From Eledone cirrhosa (taxonomy: Eukaryota): DNA of 64,000 nt. The translations under genes were made by a program, and so were the position numbers. The notes below the pieces were generated by a model that saw only the letters and a program-made list of their open reading frames with translations, had not been told where the DNA came from and ran no database searches. The stretch covers positions 390,724,001 to 390,788,000 of the forward strand of contig OZ024741.1 of NCBI GenBank assembly GCA_964016885.1, written 5' to 3'. The number at the start of each line of letters is the position of its first letter. Position 1 is the first letter of the stretch. Below are positions 50,816-64,000 of the stretch, piece by piece.

Positions 50816-52338
50816 CTAGCAGAAAAACCACCCTTCAGGTAGTTTTCTGCTAGCATGTGTAGTGTGTATATTGATATTATACGCAGGTATACATCTATGT
50901 AGATATGATAAATCAAATAAGATTGTTATTGACAATATATAATACATAGAAATTGAACGAAGACTGCGTTTCACTGTCTTATTTAATCAGTAACGTAATC
51001 CATGATATATATAATAATATGATATAATAAACAATGGGTACACAAGAGATGTAGCGGGATCTCAGGAAGCTTAATTAAGAATGTAGGCTTCACATGCAGC
51101 AGCTGTGCTGGGACAGCAAGCAGTAAACAGCCACAGGAAACAAGTACCACCAATCTCTGGGAGGGCTCTGTAGAGACAGTAGACAGCTTCTGCTACCTAG
51201 GTGACCGAATTAGCAGCGGAGGTGGGTGTTCAGAAAGTACAATAACTAGGGTAAGAACGGGATGGAAGAAGTTCAGGGAACTACTACCACTGCTAGCTGC
51301 AAAAGGCTTCTCCCTCAAAATGAAAGGCAGACTGTATGATGCGTGTATCCGAACAGCAATATTACATGGTAGTGAGACTTGGGCGCTGAAGGTGGAAGAC
51401 TTACGTAGATTAGAAAGAAACAAAGCCTGCATGCTCCGATGGATGTGTAATAGTAATATATGTGAACGACAAAGCATAAATGAATTGAGAGAGAGAGTGA
51501 GCATAAGAGGAATCAAATGCTGTGTGCAGGAGAGGCGGTTGCGTTGGTATGGACATGTGATGCGTATAAAGGATGACAGCTGCATAAAAAGGTGCAGAGC
51601 ACTAGAAGTCAATGGAAACCAAGGAGTGGGGAGACCCAAGAAGACCTGGGATGAGGTGATAAAAGCCGACCTTACCCAATTACACCTCTCAGAGGCGATG
51701 ACACACGACGGTGACCTCTGGCGTCACGCAGTAATAAAGAGTACCTGACCTCCCATGGGTACAAGCTGAAGCATATAGACAATATGCCCCCTCACCCTCC
51801 CACTGCAAGGTGGTCGTGGAGGTGCCACGGCAAAAAAGCACCCAGCCCACACTGTAAAGTGGACGTGTAGGCGCTATGAAAAAGCACCCAGCACTCACTT
51901 TAAATGAGGTTGGTGTTAGGAAGGGCATCCAGCTGTAGAAATCAAGCCAAATCAGTTCCTGTATGAGCAAGGCATGGTCAGCCGACCAGACACTGCCCAC
52001 AATAGGACAACCCGTCTAACCCATGCTAGTGTGGAAGAATGGACATAAAACGGTGATGATAATGATGAATCCATGATATTATATATAAACTGCATTAGGA
52101 GAAAATTAGTATGTTTATTTAAGCGATCGCTACCGGAAGTGTTGACATTTCAGAAATTTTAAAGAAGTGAATCTTTAAATAAACAAAATATATTTAATCA
52201 ACAGCCACGAAATTTAGTAGATAAATTATGTAATTATTCATTCATTATTTATTCAAAGTAATCCAACTTATTTTACTACTGTGATAAAAAATTATAAACC
52301 GTACGCAGTCCCGCGCTCCTTACTTTATTATAGTTTAG
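50816..52338 (-). mobile_element. Non-autonomous Helitron interrupted by an RTE
   Basis: Minus-strand 5' TCTAAACTATAATAAAG, 3' hairpin region ending CTAG|T. Confidence 0.5.
51028..52067 (+). mobile_element. 5'-truncated RTE family A copy
   Basis: Highly similar to 15530-16566; aatccatgatat occurs on both sides (TSD-like). Confidence 0.9.
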
Positions 52339-52529
52339 ATTGGTTGTTTCATAAAACCAGAGGCGGTTTTGATTGAGGTGGTATCAAAAATTTTAATGTT
52401 TATTGAATTTAATTGTAAAAAATTTGCTTTTCTATACTGTCTGTTAGCTTTTTAGGTCCATGTTGTATACTTTTTTCTTTTTTCTTTTCTTTTTTCTTTT
52501 TTCTTTTTTCTTTTTTCTTCTTTTTCTTT

Positions 52530-53650
52530 TTTCATTTTCGTTACTCTTTCTTCTTCTTTGCCACATTTGAGTTCTTTAACTGCTTTTGTAATGTCAGCCT
52601 CCGAGAGGTTAGTCACCATTCTCAAATGCACCTCGTATACATAAAAAAATGCTGTTATAATCGGGTTTAGATCAGCCACAAAAATGCACCTCTGAAAAGA
52701 GGAGAACTCCAGACGTATTCCTGATAGCAGGTGTCAAGGAGGACTTATTACGAAGTCGGCGGATGGTCTGCCAGAACACTTTATTTGTTGATCTGACGTC
52801 AGATTCCAGCTTAAAGCTAAAGTCCTCCCATGTTTTAACTTTGGATGCTTTTACTGTCTCTGCTGTGATTCTTCGTGCCTGCTTGTACCACAAGCGCAAG
52901 AAGGAGGACTTCCAAACCAAGCTTTGTAGGCCTCCTTTTTTGCTTGGATGGTATCTTTGACCTCTTGATTGAACCAAGGGTTCCTCATGCTATCCAGCAC
53001 CATACCAAGCCACTTTTGCTCGCAGCATTTAACAGCAGAAACTACTGAGCTGAACAAACTCCACTCTGTCTCAACATCCTCAGTTTACTCATGGAGTTCT
53101 CTGAATTTGGATGCAATAGTATCCGCATACCTATTCTGATTTCCTTATCCTGTAGGTCTCCCTGGACCTGACAGTTTTGTGGGCTTCTTTGGCATTAGGT
53201 AGTACCAAGTTGCAGATAATAAAAAGCAAATCCTCCCTCCTAATGGCATCCAGTCCATAATACATTCTGACAGCTGGTAGATTGTGATTATCCTCACTCC
53301 CACCTGTGCAGTCATTTCTAGCACTACACCTGAATAGTGGATTTTCCATCCTCTATCTAAATCAGAGCCACGGAACTTTGTGAGGAAACCTTAAGTATAT
53401 GTAGCTGGTAGCATCTAACCTCCTCCCAGCTCCTGCTCTTTACCTGTAAGTGATGTGATGTTCCAGGTTCCAATTGTCATGGCTTGTTCCCTTCCGAGCC
53501 CTCCTTGGGGTCTCAGGGTACGCAATATTTGTGCGTCCATCCCACATCTCCCAGGACAGGTTGCAGGCCCATCGGCAGTTTTTGTGGCATGAAATGGAAA
53601 CTAATATATTTTTCAGAAAAACCTCTCTACCTAAGGCCTGAACGCGTACC
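52530..53650 (-). mobile_element. Decayed APE-endonuclease LINE (RTE/Expander-like) 5' region; related 3' fragments at ~11750-12110, 42560-42920, 54950-55390, 56520-57520
   Basis: IGTWNITSL-like start, WFNQEVKDTIQAKK, FWQTIRRLR. Confidence 0.65.
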
Positions 53651-54246
53651 TTGATAACCCACAAGAAGAATGATGTTGTATGGTTCTTTTTCATTCCTCT
53701 CACCCATATTGCAGTTTTGTTGGTCTTATTCACGCCAGTCACCAATCTGGTACTTTCTCAAACCCACAAAATGTATACTAGTTTGCAAAATAAGTTCAAT
53801 ATCTTATTACAAAAATGGGTTCTTTTGGGAATGGTAGTATAATTGCCCTGGTTTATCTAATGTGGAGGTGCGTGGTTTAGTGGTAAATGTGTTGGACTTA
53901 TGACCATAACGTTGTGGGTTTGATTCCTTGACTGGGTTGTGTGCTGCATTCTCGTACAAGACACTTCCATTTTAGCTGAGTACCAGCAATAGCTGGGCGT
54001 TAACCCTGTAATGGACTGACTGACTTATTTGAATCGTGATTCCTTTAATTAGCTTGTTGCTTTTTATTTCATCTCGTACATCTGCTATTTTCTTTATTCC
54101 TCTACCCCTTCTCTTCTGTCAGTCTGCCTCTGCTCTAACTTTCTTTTTCTGTTAATTTCTTTGTTTTATTTGTTTCTGATTCTCTAAATTCTGTTGAAAA
54201 ATATATTTATTCCTGACCATTACTCTATTTTTATTTCTTTAAACAG

Positions 54247-54366
54247 ATGGTACCATATCGTGATTCCAAACTAACTCACCTCTTCAAGAGCTATTTAGAA
54301 GGTGATGGCAAGATCAGAATGATAGTTTGTGTTAATCCAGCTGCTAATGAAATTGGAGAAACTTTG
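54247..54366 (+). CDS. KIF23: KIF23 exon 13 ([31 protein letters not shown])
   Basis: aaacag|...|gtttgt, 120 nt; near-identical to vertebrate KIF23. Confidence 0.95.
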
Positions 54367-55623
54367 GTTTGTTTCTTAGAATTATTTTAAAATATTATAT
54401 ATGTTTTATAGTTGTTAACTTAGGCAAGTTTCTATAAAAACTTTCATTTGTAATACGTTGACGCCAGTTTTTGTACAACCTTAAGCATTGCTATAATTGC
54501 TCAAAGACAGTTACGATTTGGAGGCGATTACTGGAGAAGTAATCAGGAAGTTATACACAAGCTACTGTTGTGGGAACTAACTCACAGAAAAGGAAGACCT
54601 GCTTGAACATTCATCTATCAACTCTCATACAATACAAACCTCAGTAGGGAGCAATGGAAAATCGTGAATTGTGGAAAGACATTGTCAGGAATGTTTGATT
54701 GTGATCGGAATGATGATGTATGTTTAGTTATTTAATGAAATGTTGGAATACTTAGGTCCAGTGGATTCACTGGTTGGAGCCAACTCAACCCATCCTCGGT
54801 GAATGCCAACACAAGTACATATAATATCTATGAAAAGGTTTTACTTGGATAATTAATGCTTGGTTCTTTAACCAGTATACTCCTTGATATTGGTGTCTAT
54901 AAAATCCTTTCATCAACTGGTAATTTTGCTTTTTAATGTAGCTTATTCGTGATTGTATTCTTTCAGTTATTACCCAAGATTCATAACCGTAGGTAAGGGT
55001 TAGCATGAATATTGAAGTGAAGATAGTGAGTTTGGCTTTTATACTTACCTCCCTTCTTTTGATGACCAAATACAAGCAGCTGAAAAGGGGTTTCTCCAAA
55101 GGATCATCAGAGTAATCTATAGTGTGTAGCTCAGAGAGAGTTGCTCCAAGAGCCACTACTTCTCTGAATTGAGAGATCACAGCTCTGATATTATAGGCAT
55201 GTGGTTAAAATGTCCCAGGAAAGAAATGCTAGACAGATTTTATGGACAAAACCAACCGGTAGTATACCCCACCCCTCTTCCCTGAGCAAGATAGTTGGAT
55301 AACTTCCATGATCTCGATTGGTCTTAGGGATCCAGCCAGATCAATTGAAGATGGTTGCTTCTGACAGGACCCTCAGGAATAAGTGGGCAAAGAGGAAGGA
55401 TGTAGCTTATTGTTTAAAAATACACTTTACCTTACTGTCTAATCTTGTTTCTTATTTTCTTCTGTATTTAACAAGCTATATAAATTCTTAACATTTCAAA
55501 GGACATGTTTTAATTGGTGTGTGTGTGTGTGTAGATATCTTTCCAGTCAGTTTTCCACATATTTATCCTTTTATTAGCTCTCATATGATTTACCCCTCTC
55601 TCTCTCTCTCTCTCTCCTTGCAG

Positions 55624-55759
55624 CATGTTATGAAATTTGCTGAAATCACTCAAGAAGTAACTATTCAAAGAGTAGAAGGTCGTTTTCAGGAAGTACCACA
55701 ACCGCCCAATGGTAGACTCTATCCAAATCTTGAGGAATTTAATAGCGAATCTGGTTCAG
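55624..55759 (+). CDS. KIF23: KIF23 exon 14 (HVMKFAEITQEV, end of motor/neck)
   Basis: (ct)n ttgcag|...|gtaaat, 136 nt. Confidence 0.9.
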
Positions 55760-57989
55760 GTAAATACAAATGTTGTTTATTTTATTGTCTGTTGGATACT
55801 TTTAGATAATATTTTATCTGTTATACATGTGTGTTAATGTTATATGCTAAATAAAGGGTTGAGAGGACTCTTCAGTTGTATCCAGGACATAACAACCTCA
55901 CTAGTGCAAGTACCATGATAAAATGCACCCAGTATACTCTGCAAAGGGTATTCTGCTGTAGAAACCTTACCAAAATTGGAATGCATGTAAGCGAGATGTG
56001 GTTCCCAGTCTGCCTGGGATAGCAGTAGTTCTGATTAAGTCCTGTCTTAGTTTGTAGCAACTTGTCTAGCTCATACCAGTCAATGTAGTGTAGATTTAGT
56101 GAAGTCCTTCATCTCATGCCAAATAAATAAGTCAATACTGAATATGTTGATTTTAAATTTCTTTTAAATGATATTAAACCAATAGTATTGTGTAAGCTAT
56201 TATTCAGGATAATACTTTAAATAAGCTGACTCTGAGGTTAATACCACAGAACCACATTGTTTCTGTGGATAAGTAACGGTTAATTGGATAATGTGATAGG
56301 ATTTTATTATCACTTCTGAGAGAAATTGGTATTTCTACCACCACTATTTTGATCATGATGTCTAGTTGTCCATGTTAGTATAGTTTTCATTGTCGCTCTT
56401 ACTGTCCTGTGTCATTTAGTCTGTTAGATTCAACATTCTCAGGTCTAACCTCATCATGAGTTTACATGTCTTGTCCTACATGTTCTGTTTTGGATATTTT
56501 CAGTGTTAGTGGATGGCACTTTTTCACCCAGCACTTTCCTTTTTCTTTTTCGCCCACTTATTTCTAGGAGGATCATGGGGGCAGAGTCCTCAAACACTAC
56601 CTCCAGCGGGTCCTGTCAGAAGCAACCATCTTTAATTGATCTGGCTGGATCCCCAACCGAGATCAGCAAAGCTCATCTTGTTTGGGGTCTACTCCTGGGT
56701 CTCCTTTTGGCTGGTTTAGCCCGTAAAATCTGTCCAGAGATTCTCTCCTGAGAAATTCTAACCACATGTAGTATCAGCGCTGTGATCTAGTTCAGAGAAG
56801 TAGCAACTCTACCTAGAGTGACTCTGATCTCTGAGCTATGCACTATGTCGAGTAACATTACTTCAAAGACCCTTTGGCCCCCTTGTATTTGTGATCATAT
56901 TCCTTCAGTCATTATTCAAGATTCATGCCCATAGGCAATGGTTGGTAGGAAAACCAAATTGAAGATAGTGAGTTTGGTTTTTACACTAACCTCCCTTCTT
57001 CAATTGACCGAATGTGCAAGTCTCACACTTAATTCAGCCTACAGTATTCCATCACTAGTAAACACGGTCCCAAGATGCTTGAACTTCTTCACCTGCTTCA
57101 GTGGAACTCCATTCACATGTAGTGTGCATTATGTCTTAATCTTCACTGTACTAATTTTCATTCCTCTGTGCAGGAAACCTATAAAGTGCATGTCAGGGAT
57201 CATATTTAGTTGAGTTAAGTAGTTCTATGTCATCTGCAAACTCCAGCCAACTGATCCTGACACTACTTCCAACCTAGCTGCACATGTCAAGTCTGTCCAT
57301 GAAGATTATGAACAGGAGTGGTGACATTACGCATCCTGAGTGGAGTCCAACACATTTATTGGTTTTGATTTAGCACCATTTATCTGAAAACAAATATTAG
57401 GGCAGTCGTATTAAGATTTCAGTGCAACACCAAACTGTCCATCCATCTCATAATCCTGCAGTCATACTTTTATGATATCGGCAAAATAAGCATACACCCT
57501 TTGGTAATACTCCCGTAACATTTAATAACTATTTTATACTTGCTTGTATAAACTTATACAGATCAGTTTAAGAATTTTTCACTACGGTTCTAAATCTGCA
57601 TGAAAGAGAATAATTTTTATCATTACTATGTTTATTGATTCCAAATATAGTTTAATCCTTTTGTGATCATATTTCTCATGTAAGTATTTTAGTCAATTAA
57701 TTACTGAAGAATTTTGAGGGATTTACTAAAATTATTTCACTACTAAACTTAACATACAGTTATAATATAAAATTATGTTGGAAGACATAAAATAGCTTGT
57801 TTTGTTTCATAGAATCAGGATTTTGACTGGAAAAGATTTAAAGCCTAAATATTCAGTTGTTTAGAAAATATAGAGTTTCAGTCTTCAGCAATTGTAATAA
57901 GTCTTATTTGTATTTGAGGTCAAGCTTATATTGACTTAATTGAATTTTCTTGATAGGTGAAATGTGATGATATATTTTAAAAATTTCAG

Positions 57990-58066
57990 ATGCTACGAGT
58001 AGTGTCCCTTCTACCACATCGTCTGTTCCACTGTATGACTTGGGACCCTCTTTTCCAAGCATTGAG
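57990..58066 (+). CDS. KIF23: KIF23 exon 15 (ATSSVPSTTSSVPLYDLGPSFPSIE); gene continues beyond the window
   Basis: tttcag|...|gtactt; phase 1-0 consistent with exon 14. Confidence 0.75.
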
Positions 58067-58334
58067 GTACTTTTTATTTTCTAAATGATTTTTAAAAAAA
58101 GCAAACAAATTTACCTTTTACAGTCACTAATGGATGTAACTGGCTGTGACAATATGTGTGTGTGTGAATGTATGTATGCGTTTGTGTATGTACACACACA
58201 CCGCCGCCGCTTTCATCGGTTAGGTGGGTCGTTCATACCGGGAGGCAAGTCTGGCCAGGGTTGACCATGGGTCGCACCTTGCTCCGGTGTTTTACAGCTG
58301 GATGCCCTTCCTAACACCAACCACGTTTAGTGTG

Positions 58335-59165
58335 GAAGTGGATGGCTCCATTATGAGGAGTGACAGACCAGTTGGCCATGCCGAACCCTTCTCACCACGG
58401 AACCATGTTTTCAGAGCCTAACCCATCTCATGGTGTAGCCACAGTTTTGGGGCCTAGTACTGGATAGCACCGCTATGAGAGGGAACAGGTGCTGTATCAC
58501 AGTTTGGGTGTCTGGCATTGGATGGCACCACTATAAGGAGGGACAGGCCATTGGCCATGCCAAACCCTTCTCATAGTGATACCCTAGTTTCAGAGCCAGG
58601 CACTCTCCATGCAATGGACACTTCGCAATGTGAAACTGGACACTGGCAGCCTGGGGTTGGATGGCACCGCTATGAGGAGGGACAGGTGCTGTACCACAGC
58701 TTGGGTGTCTGGCATTGGATGGCACTGCTATGAGGAGGGAAAGGCCAGTTGGCCACGCTGAACCCCTCACTCAGCAAACCCTCAGTTCAGGTATTGGATA
58801 CCGCCTGACTCCACTGAGGAGGAACAGACCAGTTGGCTGCGCCGAACCCTTGCTAAGAGGCCAGTTGGGACCCAGTACTGGATGGCACTGATACAAGGAG
58901 CCTAACCCATCTCACAGCATAGCCAGTTTCATGGCCCAGTATTGGATGGCAGCGCTATGAGGAAGGACAGGCCAACTGGCTGTGCTGAACCTACCTCACA
59001 GCATAGCCTTAATTTAGGAGCCCAAGATTGGATGATGCCTTTATGAGGGGGGATATGTGCGGGATCACAGTACAGCAGGGACTTGGTTTTGGCAGCCTGG
59101 CACTAGATGACACCACCATGAGAAGAGACAGGCCAATTTGGCCGCACCAAACCTCTCCCACAGCA
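58335..59165. repeat. Degenerate GC-rich minisatellite (~10 units)
   Basis: Recurrent ggatggcacc(g/a)ctatgaggagggacagg core at roughly 60-140 bp spacing. Confidence 0.8.
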
Positions 59166-59324
59166 GCATCCCAGTTTCAGGGCTGGGTACTCTCCACGCG
59201 ACAAAACCTTCTCAATACGAAACCCCTGCGAAATGACTGCGATGGAACTCTTGTGAGCCTGCCATTGACCTTGTTTATAGTGTGGGGCTGGGCGGTGCCA
59301 TTTCGGTCCGACATTGAGTTGTCG

Positions 59325-59965
59325 GAACAGGTCTTTTATTGAACATTGTAGCGCCATAGGACTCGGTCCTGTGTCGTCCCCATTGAGAGATTTATTTGAG
59401 TCAGGTCCAGCCTTATCATTTCATCCCACACTTTCTTGGACCTTCTTCTCTTGGTGCCTCCCGCAACTTTTAAAGCCCTACATCTCTTCAAGCAGCTGAC
59501 ATCCTTCATGTGCATCATGTGACTATACCACTGCAGTCTTCTCTCTTGCACACAGCCTTTGATCCCGCTTACATCCAGCTTTACGTTTAATACATTAACA
59601 TTGTCGTTCACATACACTTCCGTTACACATTCATCTGACCATATATGCTTTGTTTCTTTCCAGCCTCTGTAAGTCCTCGGCACACAGAGCCCATGTTTTA
59701 CTACCATGTAGCATTGCTGAGTGCACGCAGGCATCGTACAGCTTATCTTTTATCTTAAGTGAGAGACCCTTTGTAGCTAACAGCGGCAGCAGCTCCCTGA
59801 ACTTTTTCCAACCTGTTCTTACTCTCATGATTGTGTTTTCTGCATAGCCACATCTGCCACTGATTTGGTCTGCCGGATAGCAGAAGCTATCAACTATTTC
59901 TATGTGGTCTTCTGTGCATTTGAAGGGGCATGCTATTGAGGGTCTTTGCCTACCATCCCTGTACA
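59325..59965 (-). mobile_element. Older RTE 3' fragment
   Basis: RVRTGWKKFRELLPLL, ERRLQWYSH. Confidence 0.85.
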
Positions 59966-60145
59966 GAGTTTACATATGTAAGCTTCTCCCTCAAAATGAA
60001 AGGCAGACTGTATGATGCGTGTATCCGAACAGCAATGTTACATGGTAGTGAGACCTGGGCGCTGAAGGTGGAAGTCTTACGTAAATTAGAGAGAAACGAA
60101 GCCTGCATGTTCCGATGGATGTGTAATAGTAATATACGCGAACGA

Positions 60146-62812
60146 AAGTGGCGCTGTATCAATGCCAAAACGCTTATCAGCACAGCAACAAATAGGAACA
60201 ACAACAAAATATGAAGACGTCGCATCTCAGAGTTGCAACACTTAATGTTGGCACTCTCAGAGGTAGATCTGCTGAAATAGCGGAGATGCTGGAGAGAAGG
60301 CAGGAGGATGTGTGCTGCGTGTAAGAGGTGAGATGGAGAGGTGCCTCTGCAAGACTAGTCGTAGGCAAACGTCTTAGCTATAAGCTATTCTGGATAGGTA
60401 AGGATGATGGGTTAGGGGGAGTAGGCATTTTCCTGGCTGAGAAATGGATCAATAAGACAATAGAGGTAGTTCGAGTTAGTAATCGAATAATTAAGCTTAG
60501 ATTAGTTGTAGGCAGGAGACTACTGACAATCATCTCGACCTATGCTCCCCAAGCATGCCTAGGCAAAGATGAGAAAGACTGCTTTTACGAGCAACTTTTA
60601 CAAACAACCGCAATGACAGAGGACGGAGACATCGTTATGCTAGCAGGAGACTTCAATGGTCATGTTGGACAGCTCCAGGATGGTTACACTGGGGTACATG
60701 GTGGGCATGGTTACGGCTCAAGAAATGAAGAAGGACTGAGACTTCTTGAATTTTGTGATGCAGGTACATTGACTATTTGCAACACAAACTTCCAGAAACC
60801 TGCCAATCACCTAATAACCTACAAATCTGGTGAGCACATAAGCCAGATTGACTTCTTACTAGTTAGGCAGCGGGACAGGCAGATAGTGTCTAATACCAAG
60901 GCATACCCTGGGGAAGAATGTACCCCGCAGCATAGGTTAGTCGTTAGTGATATCTCAGTAAGCAAGAGATGGAATGAGACATATAGGAAGGTGTGGAGAA
61001 GAAAGGTCTGGAAGCTAAAAGACCTTTCACTAAAATACAAATTTAGGAAAGCCCTTCAAGATGTATATGACGAAAAAGAAGACGATTTAGAGACGTATGA
61101 CATAGATAATAACTGGAATTTCTTACGTGACAACTTGCTGCAGGCTACTGATGAAACTTGTGGCTGGAGCAGAGCTCCAACCAGACAGAGAGTGACCTGG
61201 TGGTGGAACAGCACAGTAGATAAGGCCATTAGAGACAAAAGACTAGCATGGAAGGCTTGGAAAAAGGGTGGGAGTAGGGAAGAATATACAGCCACTAAGA
61301 GAGAAGCTAGACGTCTGGTGTACTTAGCACGCAGCGAGGCGGAGAGTAGGAGGTTTGCCAATGTTCTGCGACGGGAAGATCAGAGGCGTGCGGTGTAGAA
61401 CAGAGGCGTGGCAGAAAGGATATTAGCACAACTAATTAGAGAAAGGGTCAAACTAGATGAGATGCAGTTTGGTTTTGTGCCTGGGAAGAGTACAACAGAT
61501 GCCCTCTTCTTGGTGAGACAATTGCAAGAGAGGTTCTTAGAGAAAAATAAGACACTATACTTAGCCTTTGTTGACCTAGAGAAGGCCTTTGATAGGGTAC
61601 CCCGATCTGTCATCTGGTGGTCCCTAAGGAAGCTAGGTCTTGAGGAATGGCTTGTGAGGACAGTGCAAACTTTGTACAGAGGTACTCTCAGTAAAGTCAG
61701 GGTAGGAATGGAGTTTAGTGAGGAATTCCAGATACAAGTAGGAGTACATCAAGGTTCGGCCCTCAGCCCGCTCTTGTTCATTATAGTCCTCCAAGCCATA
61801 ACACAGGAGTTTAAGACTGGCTGTCCATGGGAACTTCTCTATGCTGACGATCTGGTTCTTATAGCAGAATCAGTAGAGGAGCTAGAGAATAAATTCTGGC
61901 TATGGAAACAGCAGTTGGAAGCAAGAGGACTGAGAGTGAACCTAACTAAGACAAAAGTGTTGATGAGTAGAAAAGAGGACAAAACTCTGATTCTGTCAGG
62001 GAAATGGCCATGTTCGATATGCAGAAAAGGAACTGGCATAAATTCTATAAAATGCACACAATGCAGATCCTGGGTACACAAGAGATGTAGCGGGATAGCA
62101 GGCAAACTAACAGGTAGGGAGAAATATGTATGCAGTAGATGTACAGGGAAATTAGACAGTAGAAGTCGCATTGATAGACACATTTTTCAAATGCAGGAGG
62201 TCGCTATAGAAGTGGTGGATAGCTTCCGGTACCTAGGAGATCAGATTAGCATGGGAGGAGGGTGTTCCAAGGCCATAGTATCTAGAATAAGGACGGGTTG
62301 GAAGAAGTTTAGGGAGCTGCATCCTCTGTTGACGAAGAAGGGTTTCTCTCTGCGTACGAAAGGCCGGTTGTATGATGCCTGTGTGAGGAGCGCGATGCTG
62401 CATGGTAGTGAGACATGGGCAGCAACTGCAGAGGATATGCGACGGCTGGAGAGAAATGAGGCAAGCATGCTCCGTTGGATGTGCGTGAACGACCCAGCAT
62501 AAATGTGTTGAGAGAGAAACTGTGTCTGAGAGGGATAGAATGTAGTGTACGGGAGAGGAGACTGAGGTGGTATGGACATGTGATGCGCATGGAGGATGAC
62601 CGATGGGTGAAGAAGTGCCAGGAAATGCCAGTTGAAGGAAGACGTGGTAGAGGTAGACCACGAAAAACTTGGGCGGAGATGTGGAGAACAGACCTCAGAT
62701 CATTGAAGCTCACGGTGGAGATGACGAAGGACCGTGACGAGTGGAGAGATGCTGTGCTGAATAAGACCCGTCCCACCCTTGCAAGCAGGGAAAAGCGGAC
62801 GTATGATGATGA
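60146..62812 (+). mobile_element. Near full-length RTE family B (APE endonuclease, RT, PHD-like finger), inactivated
   Basis: ATG 60211 (LRVATLNVGTL), in-frame stop ~60322, GDFNGHVG, SQIDFLL, internal deletion at ~61398, YADD, frameshift ~62490, (GAT)n tail. Confidence 0.92.
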
Positions 62813-63407
62813 CAAAGCATAAAGGAATTGAGAGAGAGACTGAGCATAAGAGGAATCAAATGCTGTGTGCAGGAGAGGCGGTTGCGTTGGTATGGACACG
62901 TGATGCGTATGAAGGATGACAGCTGCATAAAAAGGTGCAGAGCACTAGAAGTCGATGGAAACCGCGGAGTGGGGAGACCCAAGATGACCTGGGATGAGGT
63001 GATAAAAGCCGACCTTACCCAATTACACCTCTCAAAGGCGATGACACACGACCGTGACCTCTGGTATCACGCAGTAATACAGAGTACCTGACCTCCCATG
63101 GGTATAAGCTGAAGCATATAGACAATATGCCCCCACACCCTCCCACTGCAAGGTGGTCGTGGAGGTGCCACGGCAAAAAAGCACCCAGCCCACACTGTAA
63201 AATGGACGTGTAGGCGTCACGAAAAAGCACCCAGCACTCACTGTAAATGAGGTTGGTGTTAGGAAGGGCATCCAGCTGTAGAAATCAAGCCAAATCAGTT
63301 CCTGTATGAGCAAGGCATGGTCAGCCGACCAGACACTGCCCACAACAGGACAACCCATCTAACCCATGCTAGCGTGGAAGAACGGACGTAAAACGGTGAT
63401 GATGATG
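62813..63407 (+). mobile_element. RTE family A 3' end (continuation of 59981-60145)
   Basis: ...cgcgaacga | caaagcataaa... rejoins the family-A sequence across the family-B insertion. Confidence 0.88.
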
Positions 63408-63409
63408 AG

Positions 63410-63940
63410 TCCGTGTTTTTTGCCAGTCTGCCTGTTTTCCCACTACCTCTTGTGTACACACTGCATTTGGTGCACTGGGTAGAGTATCTAACCACCCCTT
63501 TCCTGCCTACTGGAGGGAATCAGGGCCATTTCCTGCAGGGTATCAGAGCTCTTGTTTCCTCTACTGCTAATAAGGATTTTGATCTTGGACAGGTTGGCTT
63601 TGAGGCCTTTTGTTTCCAAGTTGTGCCTCCATCTCTGAAATTTTTTCTCTAACTCTGCCATAGACTCAGCTATGAGGGTATGGTCGTCAGCGCATAATAA
63701 TTCCCACGAGCAACCAGTCTTAAATCTCTCCATTATAGCCTGTAGGATAATAATGAAGAGGAGGGGCTAAGGATGGAGCCCTGATGAACCCTCACCTGCA
63801 TGCTAAATTCCTCACTATTCATTGTTGATTTTAACTTTGCTGGTGGCCCCTTTGTATATGGCTTGTACTGCTTTCACGAGCCACTCATCCACACCTTGTT
63901 TTCTGAGAGCCCACTAATTACAAGTTGAGGCACTCTATGA
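63410..63940 (-). mobile_element. Decayed RTE RT fragment
   Basis: ERFKTGCSWELLCADD; HQGSILSP on the minus strand. Confidence 0.8.
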
Positions 63941-64000
63941 ATGCTAGGTAAGTGAGGTACTACTTCTGCATTTGTCTCACAAGTAAGAGGGCATCAGTCT

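Noticed and set aside
58335-59165. Repeat-spacer-like pattern suggesting a CRISPR array
   Set aside because: Eukaryotic intron, degenerate repeats, 'spacers' are themselves repeated, no cas genes.

Overview
AT-rich, transposon-dense eukaryotic DNA, most likely a coleoid cephalopod such as Octopus (inferred from the SINE/RTE families, not proven). The main gene is a kinesin-6 KIF23/MKLP1 orthologue on the + strand. I traced 15 coding exons by hand (18429-58066, 491 codons, all GT-AG and phase-consistent); the gene continues past the window. A second, unidentified gene starts divergently on the - strand (first coding exon 3744-3357). The rest is mostly decayed mobile DNA: RTE LINEs with a PHD-like finger, CR1/L2, CRE- and Hero-like fragments, Penelope fragments with hammerhead ribozymes, Helitrons, a full-length Tigger/pogo, hAT and MULE remnants, and tRNA-SINEs. 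The most striking signal is an inverted copy of KIF23 exon 2 inside intron 8. It is almost perfectly complementary over the exon and its 5' splice site but more diverged in the upstream flank. This makes it a candidate long-range editing/splicing-complementary element aimed at the conserved CDK1 site (K-T8-P-K). All identity figures are by-eye estimates.
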